Shown: piece after piece, positions 51,690 through 63,533 of the stretch
How the letters are laid out: each line of letters begins with the position of its first letter
Numbering within the stretch: position 1 is the first letter of the stretch
NCBI RefSeq assembly: GCF_963921235.1
Contig: NC_086097.1
Span: forward strand, 84,384,001 to 84,448,000
Direction: 5' to 3'
Origin: Mobula hypostoma
Lineage: Eukaryota
DNA: 64,000 nucleotides
Position numbers and translations under genes: made by a program
Notes under the pieces: generated by a model
Database searches by the model: none
What the model saw: only the letters and a program-made list of their open reading frames with translations
Told to the model about the DNA's origin: nothing

Positions 51690-52460
51690 TGCAAACAGAA
51701 CAAGTGCTACATCTACCCCGACACCTCCTCCCTCACTAATATTCAGGGCCCAAACAGTCCTTTCAGGTGAGGCAACACTTCACCTGTGAGTCTGTTGGGG
51801 TCATCTACTGTATCCAGTGCTCCTGGTGTGGCCTCTTGTATATCGGTGAGACCTGTTGGCTGAGCATCTACGCTCCGTCCGCCAGAAAAAGCAGGATCTC
51901 CCTGTCACAAACAAAAGAAAATCTGCAGATGCTGGAAATCCAAACAACACACACAAAATGCTGGAGGAACTCAGCAGGCCCGCAGCATCAATGGAAAAGA
52001 GTAATCAGTCAACATTTCAGGCTGAGACCTTTTATCAGGTCTCAGCCTGAAACATTGACTGTTTACTCTTTTCCATTGATGCTATAGCCACCACTTCAAT
52101 TCTTCTTCCCATTCCCATTCCGACATGTCAGTGCATGGCCTCCTCTACTGCTGCAATGAGGCCACACTCACACTGAAGGAGAAACACCTTATATTCTGTC
52201 TGGATAGCCTCCAACCTGATGGCATTAACATCGATTTCTTGAACTTCTGGTAATTGCCAACTGCACCCCATCCCTGCCTTCACCATTCCCATTCCCTCTC
52301 TCATCTCATCTCCTCACCTGCTCATCACTTCCCTCTGGTGCTCCTCCCCTTCCCTTTCTCCTATGGTCTTTTACCCTCTCCGATCAGATTCCCCTTTCTC
52401 CAGCCCTTTATCTCTTTCACCTATCAGCTTCCCAGCTCTTTACTTCACCCCTCTCCCAGT
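51690..52460 (+). mobile_element. Penelope-like GIY-YIG fragment interrupted by a fold-back PLE terminus (51907-52083)
   Basis: GVIYCIQCSWCGLLYIGET (GIY-YIG core). Continues after the insert with HFNSSSHSHSDMSVHGLLYCCNEATLTLKEKHLIFCLDSLQPDGINIDF. Confidence 0.85.
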
Positions 52461-52835
52461 TGCTGCCTAGTTCTTTGGATGCTGGAAAGAGAGTAGGAAC
52501 AGGTGCTACATCTTTTGCAGTTGTTGGAGAAGTTAAGGGGATGTGGAGGGATGAGCGGATCAGGGAGTTCAAAGCCCAAAGTTCAAACTCAATTTATTGT
52601 CAAATCTCATATATATCACCATATACTACTACCCTGAGATTCATTTTCTTGCAGGCATACAGTAAAATACAATAAAATCAATGGAAAACCACACACAAGC
52701 AAAGACTGACAAGCAACCAATGTGCAAAAGATGAACTGTACAAATACAAAAAAGTGTAATATTAAATAAATAAAGCATACCGAGAACCTGAGTTGCCGAG
52801 TCTGTGAAAGTGAGTCCAGAGGTTGTGTTCAGTGA

Positions 52836-53170
52836 TCATTTCAATGACAAGGTGCTGCATATGAGGCTGTGAAACAAGATAAGAGTCCATGATATTACAG
52901 GAAAGGTACTAGCACGGACAGAAGATTGACTGATTGGCAGGAGACAAAGAGCAGGAATAAAGGTAGCCTTTTCCAGTTGGCTGCCAGTGACTAGAGTTGT
53001 GCTGCAGGTGTCTGTGTTGGAGTCATTTCTATTCATGTTATATGTCAATAATTTGGATGATAGAATTGATCGCTTTGTGGTCAGGTTTGCGGACAGTATG
53101 AAGGCAGGTAGTGCTGAGGAAGCAGGAAGTTTGAAGAAGACTTAAACAAACTTGGAGAGTGGGCGTGGAA
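52836..53170 (+). mobile_element. Degenerate CR1 RT fragment
   Basis: DKVLHMRL*NKIRVHDITGK...LYVNNLDDRIDRFVVRFADS. Confidence 0.75.
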
Positions 53171-55045
53171 GTGCTCAATCCTTAAAATTTGAAGGCTGCA
53201 GGTAGGGCTCATGGGGAGATTAGAGCTGTTGGGGAAGGTTTAAACTAATTTTGGCAGGGGGTTGGGAACCAAAGTGAAGGGACTCAGGATAGGACAGATG
53301 GTAAAAAAGCAAAAATAGTGTGCAGTCAGACTGCCAAGAAGGGCAATCAGATGATAGGACAAAATTGCAGCCAGCAGGGCGAGTATCAGTGCATTAGGGA
53401 GCAGAATCAAAAAGGGTAGCAAATACAGTACTCAAAGTGTTATATCTCAATGCGCAGAGTATAAGAAATAAGGTGGATAATCTTGTTGTACTTTTACAGA
53501 TTGTCAGGTATGATGTTGTGGCCATTACTGAATCATGGTTGAAGGATGGATGCAGATGAATGTCCAATACACCTTGTATTGGAGGGATAGGAAGGTAGGC
53601 AAAGGGATGGCATGGCTCTGCTGGTAAACAATGGCAATAAATCATTAGAAAGATGTGACATAGGATCGGAAGATGTTGAATCCTTGTGAGTTGAGTTAAG
53701 AAACTGCAAGGGTAAAAGGACTGTGATGGCAGTTATATACAGGCATCCAAACAGTAGCTGGAAGGTGGTCCACAGATTACAACAGGAAATAGAAAAGGTG
53801 TGTCAAAAGGGAAATGTTATGATAGTCATGGGAGATTTCAACATGAGATTGGGAAAATAAGGTTGGTAATGGATCTCAAGAGAGTGAATTTGTTGAATGC
53901 CTATGAGATGGCTTTTTAGAGTAGCTTGTCATTGAGCCTATTAGGGGAGCAGCTATACTGTATTGGGTGTTATGTAATGAAGCGGAGGTGATTAGGGAGC
54001 TTAAGGTAAAGGAACCCTTAGGAGACAGTGATCACAATATGACTGAGTTCAGCTTGAAATTTGACAGGGAGAAAGTAAAGTCTAACGTAGCAGTGTTTCA
54101 GTGGAATAAAGGAAATTAGCCTGACCTCAGTGGTTGGGAAGATGTTGGAGTCAATTGTTAAGGATGAGGTTATTGAGTACTTGGTGACATAGGACAAAGT
54201 CAGCATGGTTTCTGTAAGGGAAAATCTTGCCTGACGATCCTGTTGGAATTCTTTGAGGAGATTACAAGTAGGATAGATAAAGGGGATGCAGTGGATGTTG
54301 TATATTTGGATTTTCAGAAGGCCTTTGATAAAGTACCACACAAGAGTCTACTGACCAAGTTGAGAGCCCATGGTATTACAGGAAAGTTACTGGTATGGTT
54401 AGAGCATTGGTTGATTGGAAGAAGGCAATGAGTGGGAATAAAAGGATTCTTTTCTGATTGGCTGACAGTGACTGGTGGTGTTCCGCAGGGATCGGTGTTG
54501 GGACCGTTTTTTTTATGCTGTCTATCAATGATTTTGATGATGGAATAGATGGCTTTGTTGCAGATGTGTTGAGGAAACAGGAAGGCTGCAAAAGGACTTA
54601 GGTTAGGAGAGTGGGCAAGAAGGTGGCAAATAAAATATAATGTTGGAAAATGCATGGTCATGCACTTTGGTAGTAGAAATAAATGTGCAGACTATTTTCT
54701 AAGTGGGGAGAAAATCCAAAAAATCTGAGATACAAAGGGACTTGGGAGTCCTTTTGCAGAACATCCTAAAGACTAACTTGCAGTTTGAGCTGGTGATGAG
54801 GAAGGCAAAGGCCATGTTAGCATTCATTTCAAGAGGTCTAGAATGCAAGAACAGGAATGTGATACTGAGGCTTTATTAGACACTTGTGAGGCCTCACCTT
54901 GAGTATTGTGAACAGTTTTGCACTCCTTATCTAAGAAAAGATGTGCTGGAATTGGAGAGGGTTCAGAGGAGATTCACAAGGATGATTCCGGAAATGAAAG
55001 GATTATCATACAAGGAACTTAAGGTAAAGGAACCCTTAGGAGACA

Positions 55046-57988
55046 GTGATCACAATAGTGATCACAGAGACAGAGGGGTGTAAAGTGAGCGTAGAAGCAA
55101 AAAGTACAAAGGGGAAAAGTAAAAGTGGCAGGACGACAAACCCAGGGCAAGCATTAAAAAGGGCTAAGAGAGTTGTAAAAGAGCGCCTGAAGGCTTTATG
55201 TGTCAATGCAAGGAGCATTCGTAATAAGGTGGATGAATTGAAAGTGCAGATTGTTATTAATGATTATGATATAGTTGGGATCACAGAGACATGGCTCCAG
55301 GGTGACCAGGGATGGGAGCTCAACGTTCAGGGATATTCAATATTCAGGAGGGATAGACATGAAGGAAGGGGAGGTGGAGTGGTGTTGCTGGTTAAAAAAG
55401 AGATTAACGCAATAGAAAGGAAGGACATAAGCCGGGAAGATGTGGAATCGATATGGGTAGAGCTGCGTAACACTAAGGGGCAGAAGACGCTGGTGGGAGT
55501 TGTGTACAGGCCACCTTACAGTAGTAGTGAGGTCGGAGATGGTATTAAACAGGAAATTAGAAATGTGTGCAATAAAGGAACAGCAGTTATAATGGGTGAC
55601 TTCAATCTACATGTAGACTGGGTGAACCAAATTGGTAAAGGTGCTGAGGAAGAGGATTTCTTGGAATGTATGCGGGATGGTTTTTTGAACCAACATGTCG
55701 AGGAACCGACTAGAGAGCAGGCTATTCTGGACTGGGTTTTGAGCAATGAGGAAGGGTTAATTAGCGATCTTGTCGTGAGAGGCCCCTTGGGTAAGAGTGA
55801 CCATAATATGGTGGAATTCTTCATTAACATGGAGAGTGACGTAGTTAATTCAGAAACAAAGGTTCTGAACTTAAAGAGGGGTAACTTTGAAGGTATGAGA
55901 CGTGAATTAGCTAAGATAGACTGGCAAATGACACTTCAAGGATTGACGGTGGATATGCAATGGCAGGCATTTAAAGGTTGCATGGATGAACTACAACAAT
56001 TGTTCATCCCAGTTTGGCAAAAGAATAAATCAAGGAAGGTAGTGCACCCGTGGCTGACAAGAGAAATTAGGGATAGTATCAATTCCAAAGAAGTAGCATA
56101 CAAATTAGCCAGAGAAAGTGGCTCACCTGAGGACTGGGAGAAATTCAGAGTTCAGCAGAGGAGGACAAAGGGCTTAATTAGGAAGGGGAAAAAAGATTAT
56201 GAGAGAAAACTGGCAGAGAACATAAAAATGGACTGTAAAAGCTTTTATAGATATGTAAAAAGGAAAAGACTGATAAAGACAAATGTAGGTCCCCTGCAAA
56301 CAGAAACAGGTGAATTGATTATGGGGAGCAAGGACATGGCAGACCAATTGAATAATTACTTTGGTTCTGTCTTTACTAAGGAGGACATAAATAATCTTCC
56401 AGAAATAGTAAGGGACAGAGGGTCCAGTGAGATGGAGGAACTGAGCGAAATACATGTTAGTAGGGAAGTGGTGTTAGGTAAATTGAAGGGATTGAAGGCA
56501 GATAAATCCCCAGGGCCAGATGGTCTGCATCCCAGAGTGCTTAAGGAAGTGGCCCAAGAAATAGTGGATGCATTAGTGATAATTTTTCAAAACTCGTTAG
56601 ATTCTGGACTAGTTCCTGAGGATTGGAGGGTGGCTAATGTAACCCCACTTTTTAAAAAAGGAGGGAGAGAGAAACCGGGGAATTATAGGCCGGTTAGCCT
56701 AACGTCGGTGGTGGGGAAACTGCTGGAGTCAGTTATCAAGGATGTGATAACAGCACATTTGGAAAGCAGTGAAATGATCGGACAAAGTCAGCATGGATTT
56801 GTGAAAGGAAAATCATGTCTGACGAATCTCATAGAATTTTTTGAGGATGTAACTAGTAGAGTGGATAGGGGAGAACCAGTGGATGTGGTATATTTGGATT
56901 TTCAAAAGGCTTTTGACAAGGTCCCACACAGGAGATTAGTGTGCAAACTTAAAGCACACGGTATTGGGGGTAAGGTATTGGTGTGGGTGGAGAATTGGTT
57001 AGCAGACAGGAAGCAAAGAGTGGGAATAAACGGGACCTTTTCAGAATGGCAGGCGGTGACTAGTGGGGTACCGCAAGGCTCAGTGCTGGGACCCCAGTTG
57101 TTTACAATATTTATTAATGACTTGGATGAGGGAATTAAATGCAGCATCTCCAAGTTTGCGGATGACACGAAGCTGGGTGGCAGTGTTAGCAGTGAGGAGG
57201 ATGCTAAGAGGATGCAGGGTGACTTGGATAGGTTGGGTGAGTGGGCAAACTCATGGCAGATGCAATTTAATGTGGATAAATGTGAAGTTATCCACTTTGG
57301 TGGCAAAAATAGGAAAACAGATTATTATCTGAATGGTGGCCGATTAGGAAAAGGGGAGGTGCAACGAGACCTGGGTGTCATTATACACCAGTCATTGAAA
57401 GTGGGCATGCAGGTACAGCAGGCGGTGAAAAAGGCGAACGGTATGCTGGCATTTATAGCGAGAGGATTCGAGTACAGGAGCAGGGAGGTACTACTGCAGT
57501 TGTACAAGGCCTTGGTGAGACCACACCTGGAGTATTGTGTGCAGTTTTGGTCCCCTAATCTGAGGAAAGACATCTTTGCCATAGAGGGAGTACAAAGAAG
57601 GTTCACCAGATTGATTCCTGGGATGGCAGGTCTTTCATATGAAGAAAGACTGGATGAACTGGGCTTGTACTCGTTGGAATTTAGAAGATTGAGGGGGGAT
57701 CTGATTGAAACGTATAAGATCCTAAAGGGATTGGACAGGCTAGATGCGGGAAGATTGTTCCCGATGTTGGGGAGGTCTAGAACGAGGGGTCACAGTTTGA
57801 GGATAGAGGGGAAGCCTTTTAGGACCGAGGTTAGGAAAAACTTCTTCACACAGAGAGTGGTGAATCTGTGGAATTCTCTGCCACAGCAAACTGTTGAGGC
57901 CAGTTCATTAGCTATGTTTAAAAGGAAGTTAGATATGGCCCTTGTGGCTACAGGGGTCAGGGGGTATGGAGGGAAGGCTGGGTTCTGA
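55046..57988 (+). CDS. CR1 LINE ORF2 (APE endonuclease + reverse transcriptase), uninterrupted 980-codon frame
   Basis: EN motifs NARS, ITETWL, VYRPP, GDFN and SDH. RT motifs [31 protein letters not shown] and FADD. No stops. The first ~7 codons derive from the junction insert, so the native start is uncertain. Confidence 0.95.
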   Translation: MITIVITETEGCKVSVEAKSTKGKSKSGRTTNPGQALKRAKRVVKERLKALCVNARSIRNKVDELKVQIVINDYDIVGITETWLQGDQGWELNVQGYSIFRRDRHEGRGGGVVLLVKKEINAIERKDISREDVESIWVELRNTKGQKTLVGVVYRPPYSSSEVGDGIKQEIRNVCNKGTAVIMGDFNLHVDWVNQIGKGAEEEDFLECMRDGFLNQHVEEPTREQAILDWVLSNEEGLISDLVVRGPLGKSDHNMVEFFINMESDVVNSETKVLNLKRGNFEGMRRELAKIDWQMTLQGLTVDMQWQAFKGCMDELQQLFIPVWQKNKSRKVVHPWLTREIRDSINSKEVAYKLARESGSPEDWEKFRVQQRRTKGLIRKGKKDYERKLAENIKMDCKSFYRYVKRKRLIKTNVGPLQTETGELIMGSKDMADQLNNYFGSVFTKEDINNLPEIVRDRGSSEMEELSEIHVSREVVLGKLKGLKADKSPGPDGLHPRVLKEVAQEIVDALVIIFQNSLDSGLVPEDWRVANVTPLFKKGGREKPGNYRPVSLTSVVGKLLESVIKDVITAHLESSEMIGQSQHGFVKGKSCLTNLIEFFEDVTSRVDRGEPVDVVYLDFQKAFDKVPHRRLVCKLKAHGIGGKVLVWVENWLADRKQRVGINGTFSEWQAVTSGVPQGSVLGPQLFTIFINDLDEGIKCSISKFADDTKLGGSVSSEEDAKRMQGDLDRLGEWANSWQMQFNVDKCEVIHFGGKNRKTDYYLNGGRLGKGEVQRDLGVIIHQSLKVGMQVQQAVKKANGMLAFIARGFEYRSREVLLQLYKALVRPHLEYCVQFWSPNLRKDIFAIEGVQRRFTRLIPGMAGLSYEERLDELGLYSLEFRRLRGDLIETYKILKGLDRLDAGRLFPMLGRSRTRGHSLRIEGKPFRTEVRKNFFTQRVVNLWNSLPQQTVEASSLAMFKRKLDMALVATGVRGYGGKAGF

Positions 57989-58093
57989 GTTGGATGATCA
58001 GCCATGATCATAATAAATGGCGGTGCAGGCTCGAAGGGCCGAATGGCCTACTCCTGCACCTATTTTCTATGTTTCTATGTCTATGTTTCTATG
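55067..58093 (+). mobile_element. Young CR1 LINE, 5'-truncated just upstream of ORF2 (no ORF1)
   Basis: Intact ORF2, 3' stem-loop gggccgaatggcct, and a (TTTCTATG)n tail. Short (g)aac duplication at 55015-55018 and 58093-58096. Confidence 0.93.
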
Positions 58094-59159
58094 AACGTTT
58101 GATGGCTCTGGGTCTGTACTTACTGGAATTAAAAGGATGATGAGGGATCTCATTGAAACCTTTTGAATGTTGAAAGGGCTAGATAGAGTAGATGTGGAAA
58201 GGATGTTTCCCATTGTCGTGGAGTCCAGGACAGGAAGGCACAGCCTCAGGATAGAGGGGCATCCATTTAAAACAGAGATGCAGAGAAATGTCTTTAACCA
58301 GAGAGTGGTGTATTTGTGGAATTTCTTACCATAGCAGCTATGGAGGCCAAGTCATTGGGTGTACTTAAGGTCCAGATTGATAAGTTCTTGATTGGCCACG
58401 GCATCAAAGGTTACGGGAAGAAGGCTGGGGAGTGGGACTGAGGAGGGGAATAAAATGATCAGCCATGATTGAATAGCAGAACAGACTTCATGGGCCAAAT
58501 GGCCTAATTCTGCTCCTATATTTCATGGTCTTGTGGAGATGAGGGGAAGGAGATCTGAACACTGCTAAGAAAACTTAATGAGCCAAGGGCCAGTGATCAT
58601 GAGTGAGAAGGATTTGACATGAATTGTGGTAGATATGATGAAATTATATTTCATTCGGGGGAGGGAGGGGTGCACAGATAAGTAAGAGTGGCTGGCCAGA
58701 AATAGTTGAATTCACCAATAGAGTGGATGAGGAGGTGAAATATTTTTCCGTAGAGCCTTCTATGTTCCCGGTGTGACTTCATGCCAGTAACATGGAAACG
58801 TGTGCTGTCTCTGGGCTCGCTGGTGTGAGACAGCTTTCCACCCGACAGCACCCTACTCTCAGGAAAGGCGCAGTCAACGAGGTTGGCAGATTACCATGGA
58901 ACAATGATGGAGAAGATAAATAAGCTCAAGGTTCAGGCAAGCTTGAGTTCTGCTTCCCTGAGGTACTCGTTTTGAGGAACTGCCAATTCACTCAAAGATA
59001 TGCAAACATTTGTTTATCTGGCATCAGATCAGCTAAAATCATGCTTTAGTTAATATGCATTTCTGAGTACCTGTCTACAGAATCTGCAGCCCTTAGAATC
59101 TAATGATTCCCTCGAGTGATGCATTCATACATCGGCCGTATCATTGTGGACCACGAGCA

Positions 59160-59335
59160 GCACACAGAAAATGCGCGGAGGAACTTAGCAGGTCAGGCAA
59201 CCTCTCTGGAGGGAAATGAACAGTTGACGTTTCAGGCCAAGACCCCTCATTAGGATTGGACTAAAACTGGAGTTGAGTCAACACTGAGTTTGTCCAGTGT
59301 TTTGTGTGTGTTGCTCCAGGTGTCCAACATCTACC
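59160..59335. mobile_element. Penelope-like terminus relic, inverted arrangement
   Basis: A minus terminus with cagttgacgtttcaggccaagacccctcattagga, followed by plus-orientation ctgagtttgtccagtgttttgtgtgtgttgct. Confidence 0.7.
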
Positions 59336-60009
59336 GTGTCCTGTATCTCCATTGTGGACCATTGTCTTTGTCTGCCCCCCAAGCCCTTCAGAAATATGAA
59401 GTTGAATTTCCAGGATTATCTCCTTGTCTGATCTGTGTGCATGCTCTCTTCCCAATATCAGGATTGCTGACTTTCCACAACTATGTACAAACGATGTAAA
59501 AAGGACAGGTTTGTAGTACCATGAGCTTAGACAAATTTCATGCTTGTCGCTCATCTGATATCTATTGTCCATCTCAGTTTAAGTAGGTTGAGTGCAAGGG
59601 TGCATTTGCCTGCTCCAGTAGGTAGTAAAAGTCCAACTGCACTGCCCATGTGCTTAGGCTAGTGTTTATCCCTGAGCCAACACCAGCTAAAAACGATCAG
59701 TTTGACATTTAATGGACTGCTACTCATGAGATCTGAATGTGAACAAATGGGCTGTTTATTCTCCCTCCCATAAACAATTAGTGACTAAACTTCACTTTAT
59801 TGGCAGTTAAATGCATTGGATTACCTCATATCCTTAAATTCATTAGAGATTTGTGATTCCTCCTGCAGGAGGGTGTCCTTCATCCATTCATGACTTCTGG
59901 GTGTCTGAAAGCTTTAATATAAGCCAGGTCTTTTCACAGATCATTGTATCTGGTTAATGGAAAATAAACCACCCGGGTCTTCCTCCAGACAACTATCCCT
60001 TGAAGTCCT

Positions 60010-60605
60010 CTTGCAGGTTGATAGGGTGGTTAAGTCATTGGATTGAGTTCAACAGCCACAAGGTAATGTAACTCCGTAAAGCTCTGGTTAGACCACATGT
60101 GGAGTGTTCTGTTCAGTCCTGGTCCTCTCATAAAAGAAAGGATGTGGAAGCATTAGAGAGCTGGTAGAGGAGATTTACCAGGATTAAAGAATATGTCTTA
60201 TGATGAAAGGTTGAGTGAATTGGGGCTTTTCTCTTTGAAAGGGAATTCCCTTTCATTCTCTTCCACTTGACAGAGATGTATAAAATTATAAGAGGCATAG
60301 ATAGACTAATTCCAGCCGACATCCTGATAAGGCGGGTGGGGGAAGGTTTAGGGGAGACGTCAGAGGTAGGTGGTTTTGTACAGAGAGTGGTCATTGTCTG
60401 CAGCACACTGCTGGGTTGGTGTTTGAGGCTGATACATTACGGGCATTTAGGAGACTCTTGGATAAGTGTGTGGATGAAAGAAGAATAGTGGATACGGGCT
60501 ACGTGAGAGGGAAGGGTTAGATTGATCATGGAGTAGATTAAAAGGTCATCACAACATCATGGGCTGAAGGTCCTGTACTGTTCTGCACTGCTCTATGTTC
60601 TATGC
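60010..60605 (+). mobile_element. Degenerate CR1 3' fragment
   Basis: ALVRPHVECSVQSWS..RKDVEALE; EMYKIIRGIDR; FVQRVV; tail ctctatgttctatg. Confidence 0.8.
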
Positions 60606-60796
60606 TCTAGGCAGCTTTATTTCTTGAGCATTGATTACCAAATGCATTCAGTACCAATGTACCACTAAATTTCTGCTGTTCTGTCTGTGTTACTGAAGAT
60701 GAAACCATATAAATCCAACCGTTTTCTCCAGCCGCATCTATTCATTGTGCTGGCCCCCACCTACAACTGACAGGGCCTTTGTGTTTGTTGATGCAG

Positions 60797-61041
60797 GTTT
60801 CCTGAGCCCGATCCAAGCCACACGCTGGAGGAGCGGGTTGTGCACTGGTACTTTGGTCAGCTGGATAAGAATGGCAGCAACAATATCCACAAGAAGGAAA
60901 TGAAGCCGTTTAAGCGCTTCTTGAGGAAGAAGGCCAAGCCAAAGAAATGTGGAAGGAAATTCACCGATTACTGTGACTTGAATGAGGACAAAACCATTTC
61001 GCTGCACGAGTTGAAAGGATGCTTAGGAGTGAAGGAAGGAG
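60797..61041 (+). CDS. SMOC1: SMOC1 coding exon, EF-hand SPARC-type extracellular Ca-binding domain, 245 nt
   Basis: Acceptor tttgtgtttgttgatgcag|. Joins the previous exon in frame (AG|G = Arg). Translates RFPEPDPSHTLEERVVHWYFGQLDKNGSNNIHKKEMKPFKRFLRKKAKPKKCGRKFTDYCDLNEDKTISLHELKGCLGVKEG. The motifs FTDYCDLN, EMKPFKR and ELKGCLGV fit SMOC1 better than SMOC2. The donor G|gtgggt at 61042 is inferred. Confidence 0.93.
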
Positions 61042-62179
61042 GTGGGTAACTATGTAATGGTCAATCATTACACCTGAAGCCAGTACAGTAACAGTGACCA
61101 ACCACCAACTTGTGCACTTCAACATTAGCATGGTGTATAATGTAATCCAGCTAGATATTAATTGAATGGGAACAGGCATTCCAACTAATAAAATCTCTTG
61201 TTTTTTTTTGCTGGGTGTGGAGGATGTGTCCAGCCTGACCTTCAAGCCCTGTCTCTCCTCTCTGCATTTTGCAAATCATACATTCTTATTTCTACGTTTT
61301 CACTTTCTAAATGCACCCATTCACTCTTTGACCAAATAGCCTTGTTTACTGTTTATTCTCATGGTCACCAAGGTTTAAGTCCACCAGAGCCATCTCTCCT
61401 TCCTTGCAGCTGAAGGGGCTTCTTTGTCTCCTTTCCAGGTCTTGTGAAGGGCCTTTGACCTAAGAAGTTAGCTCTGCTTCTCCTACCAGAGGCTCTGAAT
61501 ATTTCCAACATTTTCTGTTTTATAATAAGCATATCATTCCATCAGCCTCAAAATCCTCAAAAGCAAACAAAAAAAAAATACAGATGTTGGAAATCTAAAG
61601 TTAAAAGTAGAAGGGTACTCAACAGGAGAAAAATAAAGTTAGTACTCTAATTTTATGAGCATTCTGATGATAGGTCACCAATCTGTAGCATTGATTCTGT
61701 TTCTCAACTGTTGCTGCTTCACTTGCTGAATGTCCTTGATTCTGTAGATATCCTCTCTCCTTTACTCAGTACCTGATTCATTGCTTGCCATTTTTGTAAT
61801 TTGTTCATTGACACCACAGACATCACTGAAAATACTTACAATATTAGTTTTGTTGCCTCTTTTCATACTTGAATCAATTTATCATCCATGAATTACTGCT
61901 GATGTGGATGGGGATTAGGAGAACTCGAGTGGAGTTGATGGACGTGGGAGAGAGAACATGTTGCAGTGTGGCTGTTCCAATGTTTAGATGTTTCAGATGA
62001 AATAGAAGAGGATGTAGAAGAGGTGGAGTTGCACTAACAACCAGAGATTATTTCCCATTTGCATTTAGAGAAAACATCCAGGAGGATTCGTCCACTGAAG
62101 CGATGTGGGTAGAAGTCAGGGATAAGAAAGGTGCCATTGCTGTATTAGGGTTTTGTTGTAGACTTTTCAATTGCTAGAG

Positions 62180-63533
62180 CAGTGGTCCCCAACCACCGGG
62201 CCTCAAAGCATGTGCTACCGGGCCACAAGGAAACGATATGATTTGGTGATATGAGTCAGCTGCATCTTTCCTCATTCCCTGTCACGCCCACTGTTGAGCT
62301 TGAACGCACGCGAGGTCATTACCCACGCGTCATCCATGTCAGTGCGGGAAGAAGATCAACTCCTTGAGCTTGCAAATGACGGTAGGCTGAAAAGTATGCT
62401 TGATATAACATCTCTGCCGGCATTCTGGATCAAAGTCAAGGCTAAATATCCTGAGATAACAACGAAAGCACTGAAAACATTGCTTCCATTTCCAACATAT
62501 CTCTGCGAAGCGGGGTTTTCTGCAATGAATGCAATGAAAACAAAATTACGGAAGAGACTGGACATAAGGAACCCCCTTCGAGTATCGTTGGCTCCCATCA
62601 CCCCTCAATGGCACCGTCTTGTTGCAGGAAAACAAGCCCAGGGCTCCCACTGACTCAGCGATATTGGTGTGTTGCAATGATTCTATATGTTCATACAAGG
62701 AAAATATACGCTGTGTGTTTAATATCCAAATGTTACTTAAAATGTTATGATGCTATTGACTTATAAGTGACTTATAATTGACTTATCACTATATTCATAC
62801 GAGGAAAATATGCGCTGTGTGTTTAATATTAAATTCATTAGATAAACCCTTTTAAAAATGAAATTGAGTGCATTAGCCACTTATAAGTGACTTATAGTTG
62901 ACCTATCACCTATATTCCAGTCGTGATCAACACCACCCCTCTCCCAGGGTTGCCAACTGTCCTGTATTAGCCGGGACATCCCATATATTGGGCTAAATTG
63001 GTTTGTTCCATATGGGACCGCCCTTGTCCCGTATTTCCCCCGCTAAGGTAGAGCGTTCCTATGAAACCTTTTGTGCCAAAATGGCGTAAAGCGCAGAAGC
63101 AATTACCATTAATTTAAATAGGAAAATTTTTTGAGCGTTCCCAGACCTAAAAAATAACCTAACAAATCATACCAAATAACTCATAAAACCTAAAATAACA
63201 CTAACATATAGTAAAAGCAGGAATGATATGATAAATACACAGCCTATATAAAGTAGAAATAATATATGTACAGTGTAGTTTCACCGAACAGAATCGCCAA
63301 AAACTATTTGTAGAAAAAAAATCGGCACGTACTCACGCGTACGCACACAGGTGCTCGCACAAGGCTTCATGGTCATGGTAGTTTTTCTCGGGGTAAACAC
63401 AAGTATTTGACTGCTACTGTTGTCCGTTGGCAACCCTACCACCCCCCCCTCCTCCGCCCCCAGGTCGGCCGGTCCGCAAGAATATTGTCAGTAATAAACC
63501 GGTCCGCGGTGCAAAAAAGGTTGGGGACCCCTG
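62180..63533 (+). mobile_element. Internally deleted hAT (Charlie/Buster-type) transposon
   Basis: TIRs cagtggtccccaacc / ggttggggacccctg; exact 8-bp TSD tgctagag (62172-62179, 63534-63541) with central TA. ORF 62294..62653 is the hATC dimerisation domain (FWIKVKAKYPEI..ALKTLLPFPTYLCEAGFSAM..KTKLRKRLD). Confidence 0.92.
62945..63438. mobile_element. Second hAT-type MITE nested within the Charlie element
   Basis: TIRs cagggttgccaac / gttggcaacccta; subterminal gtcc(c/t)gtatt and gggac motifs; degenerate C-rich 8-bp flanks. Confidence 0.75.

Larger units (their letters stand above)
53215..58535 (+). mobile_element. Older decayed CR1 (ORF1 end, EN, internal deletion near 54118, RT, 3' tail), split by the young CR1
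   Basis: ORF1-end-like agagctgttggggaaggtttaaactaa; [38 protein letters not shown] at 55018 resumes as RLMALGLY at 58096. Tail gggccaaatggcctaattctgctcc. Confidence 0.88.
29530..60796 (+). other. SMOC1: SMOC1 intron, ~31.3 kb, GT-AG, phase 2
   Basis: Bounded by gt at 29530 and ag at 60795-60796; reading frame is continuous across the splice. Confidence 0.88.

Noticed and set aside
55516..58011. Several minus-strand ORFs of 73-134 aa
   Set aside because: Antisense shadows of CR1 ORF2.
60797..61041. Assignment to SMOC2 or SPARC/testican
   Set aside because: The diagnostic residues DMVQAINS, EMKPFKR, KKAKPKKC, FTDYCDLN and ELKGCLGV fit SMOC1 better. A phylogeny would be decisive.
62294..62653. 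Possible domesticated ZBED5/SCAND3-like gene
   Set aside because: Only the C-terminal dimerisation fragment is present, and it lies within TIRs and a TSD; it is a transposon remnant.
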